A stretch of DNA of 62,983 nt, filler included, from Rhabdomonas costata (GCA_019059605.1; 52 parts of 52 records of this genome joined end to end with filler, not necessarily neighbours in it); one strand, 5' to 3'; positions 11,791-24,290 are shown, counted from the whole stretch's first letter. The notes: a model not told the origin generated them from the sequence alone. Numbers and translations: made by a program.

Positions 11791-12037
11791 ATGTCCGGGC
11801 CCAGGCGCTACTTTGTGCTGGTGGGGAACAGCGGGGTGGGGAAGTCCTACCTGCTGAACGCCCTGCAGCCCTCAAAGGTGTTCGAGGCCCGAGAGGACTT
11901 CGGCAGCGTGACGACGGAGGTGGAACAAGCGGAGTACGAGGGGGTTGTCTACCTGAACATTCCAGGGCTGCTGGAGTCCGATCCTACCAACATTGCGAGG
12001 AACAAGCGGGAGCTCGATCTTGCGATGCTGCGCCGAC
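11791..12037 (+). CDS. TRAFAC-class P-loop GTPase (AIG1/GIMAP- or MMR_HSR1-like), N-terminal part, truncated by contig end
   Basis: MSGPRRYFVLVGNSGVGKSYLLNAL (G1 GxxxxGKS), F...GSVT (G2 as in AIG1-type), and YLNIPGLLES at the G3 position. Confidence 0.85.
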
Positions 12038-12955
12038 NNNNNNNNNNNNNNNNNNNNNNNNNNNNNNNNNNNNNNNNNNNNTTAATTAATTAANNNNNNN
12101 NNNNNNNNNNNNNNNNNNNNNNNNNNNNNNNNNNNNNTGTTTTGGGTAGCATGGCACTGCACGCCTTTGTACTTGGAATGTCCCTGTCTTCACTTGGCAT
12201 CTCATGTGACCCCATTCGTTTAACAAATTACCCACGATGTTTTCTTTGGCATTTTTTCTTGGGCAACCGATTCCTTCCGTCGCTGTGTTTGGCCTCTTTC
12301 ACGATGCCTGGGGTTCCATGGTTCCCTTTCAGGCAATTTGCCGAGGGGCCAGACGTCACCTACTGCATACAGCCCTTCTGCGCGACCGGGCTCAGGCACT
12401 GGTGTGCTTTTCTGTGCTTCCGTATGAATGCATATGAATGAGTCGTGACTTCGAGCAACAGCCTGCGGTAATTGGGCACCGCACCGTTTTCAGTCGAGAG
12501 AATGGGGGAGAGAAAGAGGTGCCCTTCCTATCCTTTTGCTACCTTTTTGTCCTCGTAGCTTGTTGATTCATGTTTTAGTGTGGTGTGTTTTCGGCGCCCC
12601 TAAGCACTGGTTCACTGGTTCTCGTGCATCTTTTTGTCTCTTTGTTTTTTTTATTTTTTCCCCTTGTTATTATCTATTGGCACGATCGGCACAACTCACA
12701 TCGTGCAAAAGTGTGACTCAGTGACTTAATTGTGCACGGCATCGACGCGCCACTACTGAACTCCTTTTATGGGTGTTCAGGACACTGTTGCTCGCACACC
12801 TGCATCTGTATGACATGGCGTAGCATCGATACTATTGCTTCCTCCTACTCAACTCCTCACCAGAGAAAGACATCCACTTGTGATCGCAGAAAGAAGACCG
12901 CGGTATATAGGGGTCCGCTTTGAGCCGTTGTTTCCTGACGTTGTCGCTTTTTCAG

Positions 12956-13131
12956 GGCAGATGGATGCCGTAGTGCAGCGGGCCCTCGAAAAGATCAGTG
13001 AGATGTCGGGGCCCCACTTCAAGGCCCACATTCGTGAGCTCTTCGACATCTTCGACGTCGATGGCAACGGCTTTGTCTCGAAAGAGGAGTACCGGGCCTT
13101 GCACACCTCGCTGGACACAATGGGTGTTCAG
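12956..13131 (+). CDS. EF-hand calcium-binding protein exon
   Basis: IRELFDIFDVDGNGFVSKEEY is a canonical EF-hand loop (DxDxNGxVxxxE). TTTTCAG acceptor and CAG|GT donor. Confidence 0.85.
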
Positions 13132-13163
13132 GTGTCTTGCCCTTGTGAGAGATACTGTCGGGC

Positions 13164-13245
13164 TGTTTAAACAGACGTTGTTGTGAGAAATGAAGAAGAG
13201 GGAAGAGGGGCTTTTTGCTTTCTCACAACAACGTCTGTTTAAACA
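13164..13245. repeat. Perfect 27-bp inverted repeat with 28-nt loop at contig end
   Basis: TGTTTAAACAGACGTTGTTGTGAGAAA (13164-13190) and TTTCTCACAACAACGTCTGTTTAAACA (13219-13245). Confidence 0.92.
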
Positions 13246-15081
13246 CCCCACNNNNNNNNNNNNNNNNNNNNNNNNNNNNNNNNNNNNNNNNNNNNTTAAT
13301 TAATTAANNNNNNNNNNNNNNNNNNNNNNNNNNNNNNNNNNNNNNNNNNNNTGTGGGTTGTAATTTACGATTGTAATAAGTTGTTCAAGTGAAGAATTTT
13401 AGGAAGGGAAGAACAAAATGGGCTCGTTAGCAGAAGCATTGCATGAAGACCTTGAATCATATTCCAAATGCACCTTATTCCCATAGTACATGGCAGGGGT
13501 TTGGTTGTGGTGCCCCGGTCTGGTGCTGAGCCTTTCCTCCAGGAGTTGTGTGCTGTCCGAACTGCTGTTGGCTTCACATCTCTTCCACCAGGAACCGGGC
13601 ATTGCTGGCTTCGGGACATCCCCGCTGCCCCCCGGCGGGCACTGCGGGCCATCAGATGGTGCTGCAGACATTGAGGTTTTTGGGGTTTACTGTCATGACT
13701 GTCGCCGAGCAACTGCCGGGGCTCTTCCCGCCATGACAGCAGCTGCTGGGTCTCTGCCTCCTCAGAGCAGTTGTAGCAGCAGCGGAGGGGTAGGGCAGGG
13801 TGCTCTGACTCCAGGAGACTCAGGATCGGGGCACATCGCTCTCCTGGAAAGCACTTCGGGGATGCCAGTGCAGCGCTCTGGAGAGACTCCATGGAAGGGC
13901 AGCGATCCGGTTACTGCAGAGGGCCCGCTTACGCTGCGAGCGGTGATGGAGAGATACCCCACGGGGCTGGAGCTGCCCTTTGTGGAGTTGTAGCGATAGT
14001 TTTTCTGTTGGCGGGCCTGCGGTCAAGATCCTTTTTGACGTCGGTTTATCGGGATTTCTTTTCTGAGGTGGAATATTTTCCCCTTGTGAACTTCTGCCCT
14101 AAACCTGCCTTCTGCTCTTTCTTTCTATGTTGATTACTTTTGCCACCTGAACTTTTTCACACAGTGTGAGCACAGGGCTCTGTGAGCACAGGGCTCTGCG
14201 GAAGTGTGGGCGTTTTCTTCAGCTTGGGTTTCAAGATCCAAAGAAAGCAGTTTCGGAAACTTGGAAGCCTACATGGAAAGGATGGATTTTAGTAGGTTAA
14301 TAAGACAATTGCACCCTTGGTTTTGTAAGGGCCTGCTCACACCAACCAAGGAATGACAAGCGGAAAGCAAGCTATTTCAAAAACATTACCTGTGATCGTC
14401 TCTCTGTTCTTCGCTAGATGCCACCTTGAGTGACACCTTGGGATGATTTTGATTTACCCCCACACNNNNNNNNNNNNNNNNNNNNNNNNNNNNNNNNNNN
14501 NNNNNNNNNTTAATTAATTAANNNNNNNNNNNNNNNNNNNNNNNNNNNNNNNNNNNNNNNNNNNNGTGTTGGGTGTGGTTGGGGTTTGGTGTGGGGGTGG
14601 AGGTGGCCTCGGTTCGTGCGGTAACTGTGCAAGAGATGGGAAGCCCATGGCGTGTATGTCGGTGTACAGGCAGAGGAGGACGTATGCAGGCGCCACCTAA
14701 AAACTCATTCCCTCACCCTCTGGCTCACGACAGTGTGTGTATGCTCTCTTCTAGGACGAATAGGGATGCGAACAATCTCGGGCCCTGGACTGCTCCAGCG
14801 ATGATCCGGAACCAACATGTGAACAACTGGGACTCTAGACGAAGCGCAATCACACTCACCAAAAATGGTCAGAAAAAGCCGATGCAGTGCGATATATAAA
14901 ATTGCAGACCCACACAAAATTAACATACAACAAAACCAGTGTTGTATCGTTAAAAACTGATACTACACACTGCTACTACCTCCTCGTTCGCACTGCAGCT
15001 TATATTTCAAGAATGCCACGCAAGCCCAAATGAAAAGCCACGGAGTGCGGCTCCGATGGGTGCCAAAAATCGCGCTCATAC

Positions 15082-15215
15082 GTCCATTAGAATGAGGTCA
15101 AAGGGAGTCTCGGCGGAGCGCGCCGCTTGCAAGGCCTCCATTCCGCTGCAAACGGAGTGCACGTTGGTGATGCCCAGCTGGGACAGCTTCATCACCACTA
15201 CCCTGCGGTTTAGCT
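15082..15215 (-). CDS. Response-regulator receiver (REC) domain exon, probably from a hybrid histidine kinase
   Basis: Not in the ORF track. Between TCGCAG and GTATGA: LNRRVVVMKLSQLGITNVHSVCSGMEALQAARSAETPFDLILMD, matching N.RV....L..LG...G.EAL...FDLILMD with the phosphoacceptor Asp as the last codon. Confidence 0.9.
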
Positions 15216-16513
15216 CTGCGAGACAAAACGAAATAGCTCACAAGGGCGGGGGAGAGTGCTGCTCTACATTTGAGGCTCACTAAAAGAGCACAAGTGCATT
15301 TTGAAAATAAAATCCCCGCCTCTTGGCTGCTTCAGGGTTTGAATTGCTGCCGTGATTTATAACGGAGTGGAGCACCCTCGTTGTTGAGGAGGGTTTTTGA
15401 ACCATCGCGTCAAACAAAAAACAAAAATGATGAGAAGAATGCCTAAAAAGAGTGCTTTTCCAGAGAACACAACTGATAAACAAACGGGCAAGCGAACACA
15501 GCTGTCCCTACGTCAATGATGAATATCTTTGCAAAAGCTGCAATTGCCTTAGTGTCCGTCCTTCCTCTGAGCATCCTAATTTCATTTTCCTGGTTCCAAA
15601 GAAAAAAGAAACCAGTCGCTCCACCCCATAATTGGACGTCCCGTGGGGTTTTGGGTTACCCCACAACCCACACACACNNNNNNNNNNNNNNNNNNNNNNN
15701 NNNNNNNNNNNNNNNNNNNNNTTAATTAATTAANNNNNNNNNNNNNNNNNNNNNNNNNNNNNNNNNNNNNNNNNNNNGTGTTGGGTGTGGTTGGTGGGTG
15801 GTGGCCGGAATGCTTCGGTTTAGAGCTGCGCGGGAGAGGTTTTTCGGGTCATTTGGGGCGGCTTTTCGGACTCTTTGGCCCTCCCGCGTAAAAGGGCCTT
15901 TTGGACCTGCAGGCTGAGCCAAAGCGTTCGGTCGGGACTGAGCTGACCAACAAACCAAGAGATAAGTTTGGCTGAGGTTTTAGGAAACAGGCGTGGGTTG
16001 TCGAAGGCCGCGGTGCGCATAGGGGTGGTGGTGAGTGGGGTTCTGTGGAATGGAATCGTGAATTGAACGGGAGCTGTGTTCAGTCAGTCTAATGAAGGAG
16101 AATGCCCAGCGGGAATTTTTGATCAGCAAGCGAACGAGGAGATTAGGCGCCCGCTAAGACGCTAAAGGCCTCGCGCCCAAAGTGGGGAACTGGAGGTGGG
16201 TGGGCGGGTCTGTGAAAGGGTTTTAAGTTTTATCTTCGATGACTTGGAACAACGGACTCCGGGAACGGGCTCACAAACGTTTTTGTGCAGAACCTGACCC
16301 AAACGTCTCTGCTCGATAGGCAATTATTGGACTCGGCAAAGAGGGGCTTCAGGTAAGTCGCACGCCCGGACGCCGTGGTCTAAATGGAGCTAAACGGCCT
16401 GAGGTAAATTGCAAGTTCAACAACCCGAAAAATTACATTCAGGATTCAACTGAGAACTTTTGACCCGAGCCCCAAGACAGCTTAAAGCAATGTTGGAGAA
16501 GGGTGAATCCTAC

Positions 16514-16654
16514 CGATGTGAGCGAGAGCGGTCACCACGGACAGCGCCGGCAGCAGCACCCGAGGCTGGGCCTTGTGTGCATTGACCACCTGCAGTAGCG
16601 CTTTGCTGCCGCCCTTCTTGCATAGCTTCTGCAGAACACGGCTTCTCTGGCGCC
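16514..16654 (-). CDS. Probable exon, ARM/HEAT-like helical repeat
   Basis: TTATTAG acceptor and GTAGGA donor; QKLCKKGGSKALLQVVNAHKAQPRVLLPALSVVTALA resembles an armadillo repeat (GG...L......H....V...A...L..LA). Confidence 0.55.
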
Positions 16655-17013
16655 CTAATAAAAAAGGAGCAGAAAAACCGATGGAGCACCATGACGGCAC
16701 AATGACCAATCCAACTCAGCCCACTCAACCCATCCAACGCGACTGAGTGGGATCGAATAAATTTGATAAACCGGATGACAAAGCAAGAAGCACAATGCAC
16801 ATTCCATGTCCCCAAGCCCCACCGGCCTGCAAACCAAGAATGACCCTCTCCCACTCATCCGCCAAACCCCTCCAAACTCTCCCAACACANNNNNNNNNNN
16901 NNNNNNNNNNNNNNNNNNNNNNNNNNNNNNNNNTTAATTAATTAANNNNNNNNNNNNNNNNNNNNNNNNNNNNNNNNNNNNNNNNNNNNGGGTGTACCCA
17001 TAACTTATGGCAC

Positions 17014-17670
17014 CTAAATCAATTGCCGCACCACCCTCCGCGATTTTCTCTGAACAGTGCCATCTGAAACCGCCACAATCACCTGCGGATGGGGTCTCGG
17101 CTTTCTGAAATACTCCCAGGCCATATACATTGCCTCTGTAATGGTCCGTGGATTCTTCGCCATCACTTTGACCTGGATGTCCAAACCTCTGACAAACATA
17201 CACAGCAAAAGAGTTTCGTCAAGCATCGTCCCATTTAACACATTCATCTCGGTCACAAACTGATGATCGTAGAATTGGAAATTCCCCTCCGACACCATCA
17301 ATTGCTCCAACATACACACTAAGTAGTCCCACGTCTGTTCACACAGCCGCCTCTTCAACGTTTTTACAAACTCTTTCCAGTCTGTAAAAACGTGACCTGG
17401 CGCAACAATTTCTCTGGAATGTGCACCCACGGCGCCTGTGGCATGAATGATTGCTACTTGATCTGGAAGCCTGCGAAATTCCTTCAGCTCTTCTACCGAC
17501 ACAAGCAACGGTAGTAAATTAGCTGGTCTCCCATCGTAATTCGGGAACTCTGGATCTTTCTCCTGCAATTTCCGCAATGTTCCCCGCGCCTCTGGAACTG
17601 TGGAAGCTGGCGCTTCTCCTCCACTCTGTAAACCTTCGGCCGAGAGTCCATCCACCACTCTCCGCAGCAA
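17014..17670 (-). mobile_element. LTR retrotransposon gag-like ORF (Ty3/gypsy type)
   Basis: Intronless 218-codon frame with DWKEFVKTLKRRL...LEQL..EG....YDHQF...L....LDETLL..MFVRGLD.QVK..KNPRTITEAM..A, the Retrotrans_gag capsid pattern. Confidence 0.78.
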
Positions 17671-20600
17671 CTTCTGTGTAAGATCGTGATTGGCCCGCTG
17701 CTGCTGCTCATGCTCTGGAAAAAGGATACCATTTGTGTTAGAAAAGTATGCTCCATCTGTGGTGAAGGGCCGCGCTAGGCTTTGGAGGTGGCGGATTTCC
17801 TGACATCAAATCGGAACCCACAACTGGAATTGGGTTGACCTCCACTCATGGAGTGCGTGGAATGAGATGAACTCGACCCCTCTGAAATCAACCGTCCCAT
17901 GAACTCTGTGGACTCGGTCGCCTGCTGCCGAACTCTGAAACTTACCCGCACTCTAGATGGCTATTCCACACACGCCCTCCTGGCCTCTCTGCTACCACAT
18001 TCAAATACGCGGATCTGAAAATTCGCAGTCGAATATTTTACTGTTGCACAGTGAAATCAATCCGCACCAATTGGCCCTGGATTCCTTCACTGCACACACA
18101 CCCNNNNNNNNNNNNNNNNNNNNNNNNNNNNNNNNNNNNNNNNNNNNTTAATTAATTAANNNNNNNNNNNNNNNNNNNNNNNNNNNNNNNNNNNNNNNNN
18201 NNNGGTGGTGGGGGGGGGGTGGCCGCCACCTCTTCTGCTCCTTAGGAACCTGAGGCATTAAAACCGTAGTGAACAACATCATCTTTTTCCATGGAAGAGA
18301 GCACCAAAGAACGACCATTGACCTCCTTGAAAAACTACTCAAGCAAAGAAACCCGATCACCCCCTAGCGGGAACGGGCGGTTTGATAATACATGATTTTA
18401 TTCGCTCGCCCTGTGCAAAAAAGTACCCCCACGTGCGTCTACAAAACCAGAAAAGTTCAGTGCGACACAACAGCAGTGCAGCGAATTGTCCGGAGAAGAG
18501 ACAGCAATAGCCCAGAAGAATCATAGAACAAAGTGCAGTGGGTTAAAAGCATGACTGAAGCTGATGAGTAGAGCATTAACGACCACCACGGGGAGGTAGA
18601 GACACATCTGCTGTTGTCGGTTTCGATTGTGCAGCTGATCTTTTTCTTCTAATCTTCTATATGCATCCCGCGCTGATCCGAACAGATACCCGGTAGAAAC
18701 AGAGCCGATGACTTCTTTCCGTCTGTCTTTAAATCGCCCCTTCCTGTTTTCTGAGCGGCAGGGCCTTGGTGTGTATGCGAAGAGATCTGCGTTGGTTCCC
18801 ATTTGTTTCTTTTGGAATTGCCATGAAATGACGTTTGTAATCAAAGGATGACTGAGAATGACGACATGGCATTGCTCGCGTCACCTCAGATGTGAAAATT
18901 TTGCTCACTTTTCATTAAAATTTATGATTTTGGACTACAAGAGCGAAAAAGCTGTCTAAAAACAACGTCTTTTCCCATCTATGCATGTTTGGGCTTGGAC
19001 TGAGTTCTACTTATCTTTAGTCCTGGCGCGAAGCATATCACCCCTCCCCTACCACACACAACGTTTTAACGGTTACCCAGACACGAAAGCAAACACAACC
19101 AAATCGACATTAAATCACAGCAGGCGAGCAGGCACACCGTGAGCCTCGGCTGGAACCTCCAGCAGGGGTCGCCACCTCCGGCAGGGCCAGTGAGGAAGGC
19201 AGCATGCCGTGGCGCAGGGTTCGCGTCGACCCGAGTAGGTAGTTCTGTGGGCTGTTCAGCGTGACCGAGCCCCCAAGGCTGCCTGGGGAGGCGGTGACGC
19301 TGAACAGCCCACACCACNNNNNNNNNNNNNNNNNNNNNNNNNNNNNNNNNNNNNNNNNNNNTTAATTAATTAANNNNNNNNNNNNNNNNNNNNNNNNNNN
19401 NNNNNNNNNNNNNNNNNCGTGAAAAGTTGGGGGTGACCCGAATCGTTTGAAAATTGCCTTCATTCTGATTAGCTCCTGGCATTGCGGCACGTGCTTGTCA
19501 CTTGGCGTCGGACACATACCGATTTAAGGCCATCGAGTGCCCGAGCAGAGTTCCAGTCTTCCCCTGCTCGTCCTTTTTGCATTCGAGCCCGCCGCACCCC
19601 GGGTGTTGCTTGGCGAAGGGTGGGTGCGATTCCTTTCGTTTTGGAGTATGGGAATGAGGGCAACAGCAGCAGCTTAGGAAACCTTTGGGGAAATCCAGGT
19701 CTGGGCCGGCAACGTCCGGCACATTCGGGAGCACCGGCGGCTGATCTTCGAGGTGGAGGAGCTGGTAATCTCCGCCCAGACTCAGGCGAGCCAGGCTGAT
19801 GAATGCGTGCGGGAGGCCTGGAACTGGGGCATCAGTGAGTGCCATGCTATGATGCGTGCTACGGAACGAGTGATGTTCGCTGTGGACAGCAACTTCAGCG
19901 AGACCTGGGATTTGCTGCATCGGGGCGGTGCGGAGGGCAACCCGGTGAAGGTGTGGCGTTGACCCCCGCACCCTAATTCTCTGTTGGCGACAGGCGCCCA
20001 TCCTACGCGGCCGTGTCTCCACCCCTTCTATCGCCTCCCTACCCTCCTACTGGTTCCATTCAGTATTTATCTTGCAATCTGGTGATCGATTAGAGTGTCT
20101 TGAGTGGTCCATCACCCTGGTCATCCATCTTGCATCTGTCTTCATATTTCCTTTTTTGTTTCCTCTTCATTTGTGTGTGTCAGCAGGATGATTCTGGCAC
20201 GGTGCACTTGTTCCCTTGTGTACGGTGCACAACCTTTGTCCCACCCTCACCCCCACTCTCTCCTCCTCCGCTGTCCTCTCTTTGCTTTCATCTTTGTCCG
20301 TGGCCTTGGGCTGCAATGGTGTCGAAAGCTCCTCAGCTTTGGGTTTTCAAGGGCGCAGTGGGACGCGCTCGCATCTCTTTTTTCGAACGATCAAGTCAAG
20401 TGGGAGAAGATGAAATCGCTCAGAAGTGCTGTGTTTTCTGGAGCAAAGGGAGGGCAATGTGTACAACGCCGATATTCAACTTTCGAGTACGAAATATTTC
20501 ACTTTCTGGGATCGCGGGGGGAGGGGGGCAAGNNNNNNNNNNNNNNNNNNNNNNNNNNNNNNNNNNNNNNNNNNNNTTAATTAATTAANNNNNNNNNNNN

Positions 20601-20935
20601 NNNNNNNNNNNNNNNNNNNNNNNNNNNNNNNNTGGGAGCCATCCCTTGCTTTTCGAGCACGGGAGAAAAAAGAATTTGAATCCCCTTTTTATGTAGAAAA
20701 CCGAACGACTTTGAAGCCAAACTTTCTGGCATATAACCCGTTCCAATGCATGCGCATATGCGGTTAAAGGTGGGGCAGTAGAGATTACATTGCTCCTTTT
20801 CCTTTGTCATCTTATGAAAAGGTTTTCAAAATGAACTGAAACGATTGGATTGGATTTTTGGACCACCTCACATGGGGTCCTCCCCCCTCCTCCTTTTTCA
20901 CCAAATGCCAGCGAGTGAGCGTGCATGTACCGCAG

Positions 20936-20998
20936 GTCACCAACCGCGACTTTGGGCTGGACATTCTGGACTACGACTTCGAGCTTCGCGCCGAGGCG
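20936..20998 (+). CDS. Probable 63-nt exon, hypothetical protein
   Basis: CGCAG|...|GTGTGC flanks, strongly GC3-biased codons: VTNRDFGLDILDYDFELRAEA. Confidence 0.5.
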
Positions 20999-21358
20999 GT
21001 GTGCCATCCCCAGACTCTGAAGACTCAGAAGCTTCACTTTTTTTTTTTGGTGGTTTGCATTCCTTTTCGATTGCATTCAGCCTGTAGCTGGCCGGTTGTG
21101 TGATTTTACCAGCTTTCCTGGCGAAAGGCTGTCGTCCCCCCACCCATTCAGGTGCTTTCAAAGTGCCGAGAGCTGCTGGTGTACATGCCCTCCATCGCGT
21201 TCTGGGACATCAACCAGGCATCCTTTCTTTTCTTTCTTGTCAGGTTCGAAAAGGCTATGGTGTGTGTGTGTGTGTTTGTGGCGGAGAGGTGAGAAATCTT
21301 TTTATATGCTAGATTTTCAGCGAAATAAGCGAAAATAGTCTTGTCCGCAAAACGAATG

Positions 21359-21530
21359 CATTTTGTCCTCGTCCCCTCAAAAAGTCACAACCTACAAAAA
21401 GTGCACCATATTAGGCGTTTTCGGAAGTTTTCTGAAACGCGTGTTGAAAAAACTGTGTTCCACTGCATGTCGCTTGTGCTTGCTTTTCAAGCTGATTTTT
21501 GACCTTCTTCTCTCACGCGTGCCATATACC
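21359..21530. repeat. Second copy of the dispersed repeat seen at 8041-8235
   Basis: TTCCACTGCATGTCGCTTGTGCTTGCTTTTCAAGCTGATTTTTGACCTTCT (21458-21508) aligns with TTCCAGTGCATATCGGTTGTGCTTGTGTTTTCAAGCTGATTTTTACCTTCT (8145-8195). The upstream AAAAGTG..CAC..GGCGTTTTCGGA is also shared. Confidence 0.75.
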
Positions 21531-22060
21531 TCTAAACAACGAATGCTTGCTTGAACACATCTCTTAAACCTTCAATGAAGTAAAGGCCTGAAAATGGCTC
21601 TTTTGAAGGTCATTTTGGGTGCACCCACCCGTGTGCGTGACTCGTGTCGAAAAAGGGGGATATACTCCCGAAAATAATCTGGGAATTCGAACGCCTTTCT
21701 CCTATTACCCATATCTTTTCTCTGTGCCAAGTGCTCCAACCACACANNNNNNNNNNNNNNNNNNNNNNNNNNNNNNNNNNNNNNNNNNNNTTAATTAATT
21801 AANNNNNNNNNNNNNNNNNNNNNNNNNNNNNNNNNNNNNNNNNNNNTTAAGGTGAGGCCCTCAGCCCTCAGCTCTTGTAACCGAAAAGAAGGAAAAGGAA
21901 GGACACAACGCATAAAAAGCCACCTCACAGGTGAACGCAACACTCCCACTCATCAACTAGAGCTCAAACCACTTAAAAGTGCAAAAGTTTAATGCCCCTC
22001 GGTCACGAAAAATAGTTGTCCTCGAGGAAAACAACAGCTTGGGCACAGCTTCGGACATAC

Positions 22061-22385
22061 AGCCTGGCCTGTGGGGACAGGCGCTCCACGGCCTCCTGTT
22101 TCGCCTTCTTCGAGCCCGCCTTGGGCTTCGAGGCCGAAGTGCCAGCGGAGGAGGAAGCCGTGGGGCTGCCCATTGCTCCGTGAGGAGAGGAGCCTGAGAT
22201 GGGTGACTTCGAGGGCGGGGGAGCGCACTGCGACCGAGGAACAGGCTCCGGGGCCAGCGTGGGCAGTACCCCCGGTTGGGCATCCGCGCCGCAGCTATCG
22301 GGAGAGAGCAGGTTGACTTGGAGCTTAGGGGCGTAAGTCAGGAGGACAGCGTACAGGGTGCGGCCTGCCTCCATGTCTCGTGCAC
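22061..22385 (-). CDS. Probable exon, S/P-rich hypothetical protein
   Basis: CATAG acceptor, open GC-rich frame ARDMEAGRTLYAVLLTYAPKLQVNLLSP...KKAKQEAVERLSPQAR, GTATGT donor. Confidence 0.45.
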
Positions 22386-24290
22386 CTATGTATGCGTATG
22401 TGGATGCGTGTGTCAGTGCGCACGAAGGGATCGTGGGGTGACCACTTCGCGTCACCCCCCCCCCACTCAACATTTGGTCGGCTGGCTGATAACACGCTTG
22501 GTCGGCTGGGGGGAGGGGTGCTTGGGCAGAAATAATGTTGGGGCGGACAGCGCTTGACCCCGCAGCTTGACCCCTGGCGTATTACTTGGCATCCAGGTGG
22601 TGCATGTCTGCAGGCAGACACTGCGCACATCTCCGGAAAATGGTTTGACTTCGTGTGCTGCAAAAAATGCTTACGAGCTCGATCGCAGAATGCCCTGCAG
22701 CCACCCAGGAACTCACACGCTGAGGTCACCTTAAACAACCCGCAGGAAGAACAAAAAACCACTCAGGCTCACCTGATGCGCTGAGCAGAAGCTCCCCCCC
22801 AGAGGTGATCTCAATGCCATTGGGGCCTGTGCGCATTCCGAGAAGAGGGAACAATCCCACCCAACCACTCTCACTCATTCCGTATGCGTTTTTGGAGTCC
22901 TTCCGTCGACCAGGAGTGCAACCTTTAAAGAAGGTGAAACAATATCAGGCACCACACCGANNNNNNNNNNNNNNNNNNNNNNNNNNNNNNNNNNNNNNNN
23001 NNNNTTAATTAATTAANNNNNNNNNNNNNNNNNNNNNNNNNNNNNNNNNNNNNNNNNNNNTTTTGTTTGCTGTTCCCGATGGCGCCTTCCGGTTACGTCG
23101 CGCAAGCTTTTCTGGCCGGGAGCAACTCTGTAAAAGCCGGTTTGCGCTTGTGCCTTACTGGTCGGGTCGCCACGGCGGAGGTTAAAATTTGGACAACGCA
23201 GGCCATGCCAAATGAATGACACCGACACCGAAAAGAACTGGGAACAATCAGAATGGAAAGCCACCATTTCACGAACCGGCTTGTTAACCGTCTACCGGGA
23301 TGGCTGCTCCGCCCAAACCAAGACCGAGGGATTCGGACCTGTGGTTAGTATATTCTATCCAGTACCTTAATGCTTGTCATTCGCCACAGGACATGCATCG
23401 AAAGAAAGCTTTCAAAGGTTGAGCTACTTGACGCCTCCTGCCCTATTGTACCTGAAATTTGTGTATAGCATTTGGGGTCTCCAATGCGGTCCAAGATGTG
23501 CGCTAATTTATTTGCAGCGTAATAAGCTCTGCACTTCTAGGCAATCCATTTTTTTGTGCAGCGCTGTTGTTGGTGTGGTGATTTCTTTTAATCACGTTAA
23601 AGTCTTAAACAGCGACGCGATTCTTCAATTGAGCCATAACACATAAGTTTAATATCCTGTATGGAGGTATCGCCATGCCGTATACTCACCAATCTTCTCG
23701 TGGTTGTCAGAAAATGCTGTTTTTTCCAGCTTTCCACTACACGCCTGTATGCAGATCGATTCACTGATGCCGTTTGTTGGCTTGGAGATTGATGAAATGC
23801 GTCCCAGCTACGCAGAAGTGCTGATCTTTGAGCACAATTTCAATAATCAACTTTCGATTGTGCGAAATTAGCTTCTTTGCTGCAAACGCCATGCTTTGTC
23901 ATCAATTCAACGCGTTCAGCGTTGCACTTCCAGATGTGAGCGTATAGATACGTTCTAATTCCAGTGACTAGATGGAGATTCCAATTTTCACTCATGTGGA
24001 CACAAACGACTGACATCTGCTTCAATGCAACAAGCCCCGTGATGAATAGCAAGAAAGACAGTCTCTTCTTGTGCACGTTTCACATTTACTGCATGTAGTG
24101 CAGCAATACACAAACACGAACAAACAGACACAACTGTCCCTATGTCAAAGAATGATAATTATTAACCAAAAAACNNNNNNNNNNNNNNNNNNNNNNNNNN
24201 NNNNNNNNNNNNNNNNNNTTAATTAATTAANNNNNNNNNNNNNNNNNNNNNNNNNNNNNNNNNNNNNNNNNNNNTGTGGTGTGGTGGTCG

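Noticed and set aside
12333..12396. IQ-motif exon upstream of the EF-hand exon
   Set aside because: The motif is imperfect, the frame is ambiguous and it would need a weak GC donor.
14165..14198. Short tandem duplications (16 bp here; 21 bp at ~24417-24460; CAACCG units at ~58976-58996)
   Set aside because: Ordinary slippage duplications with no further structure.
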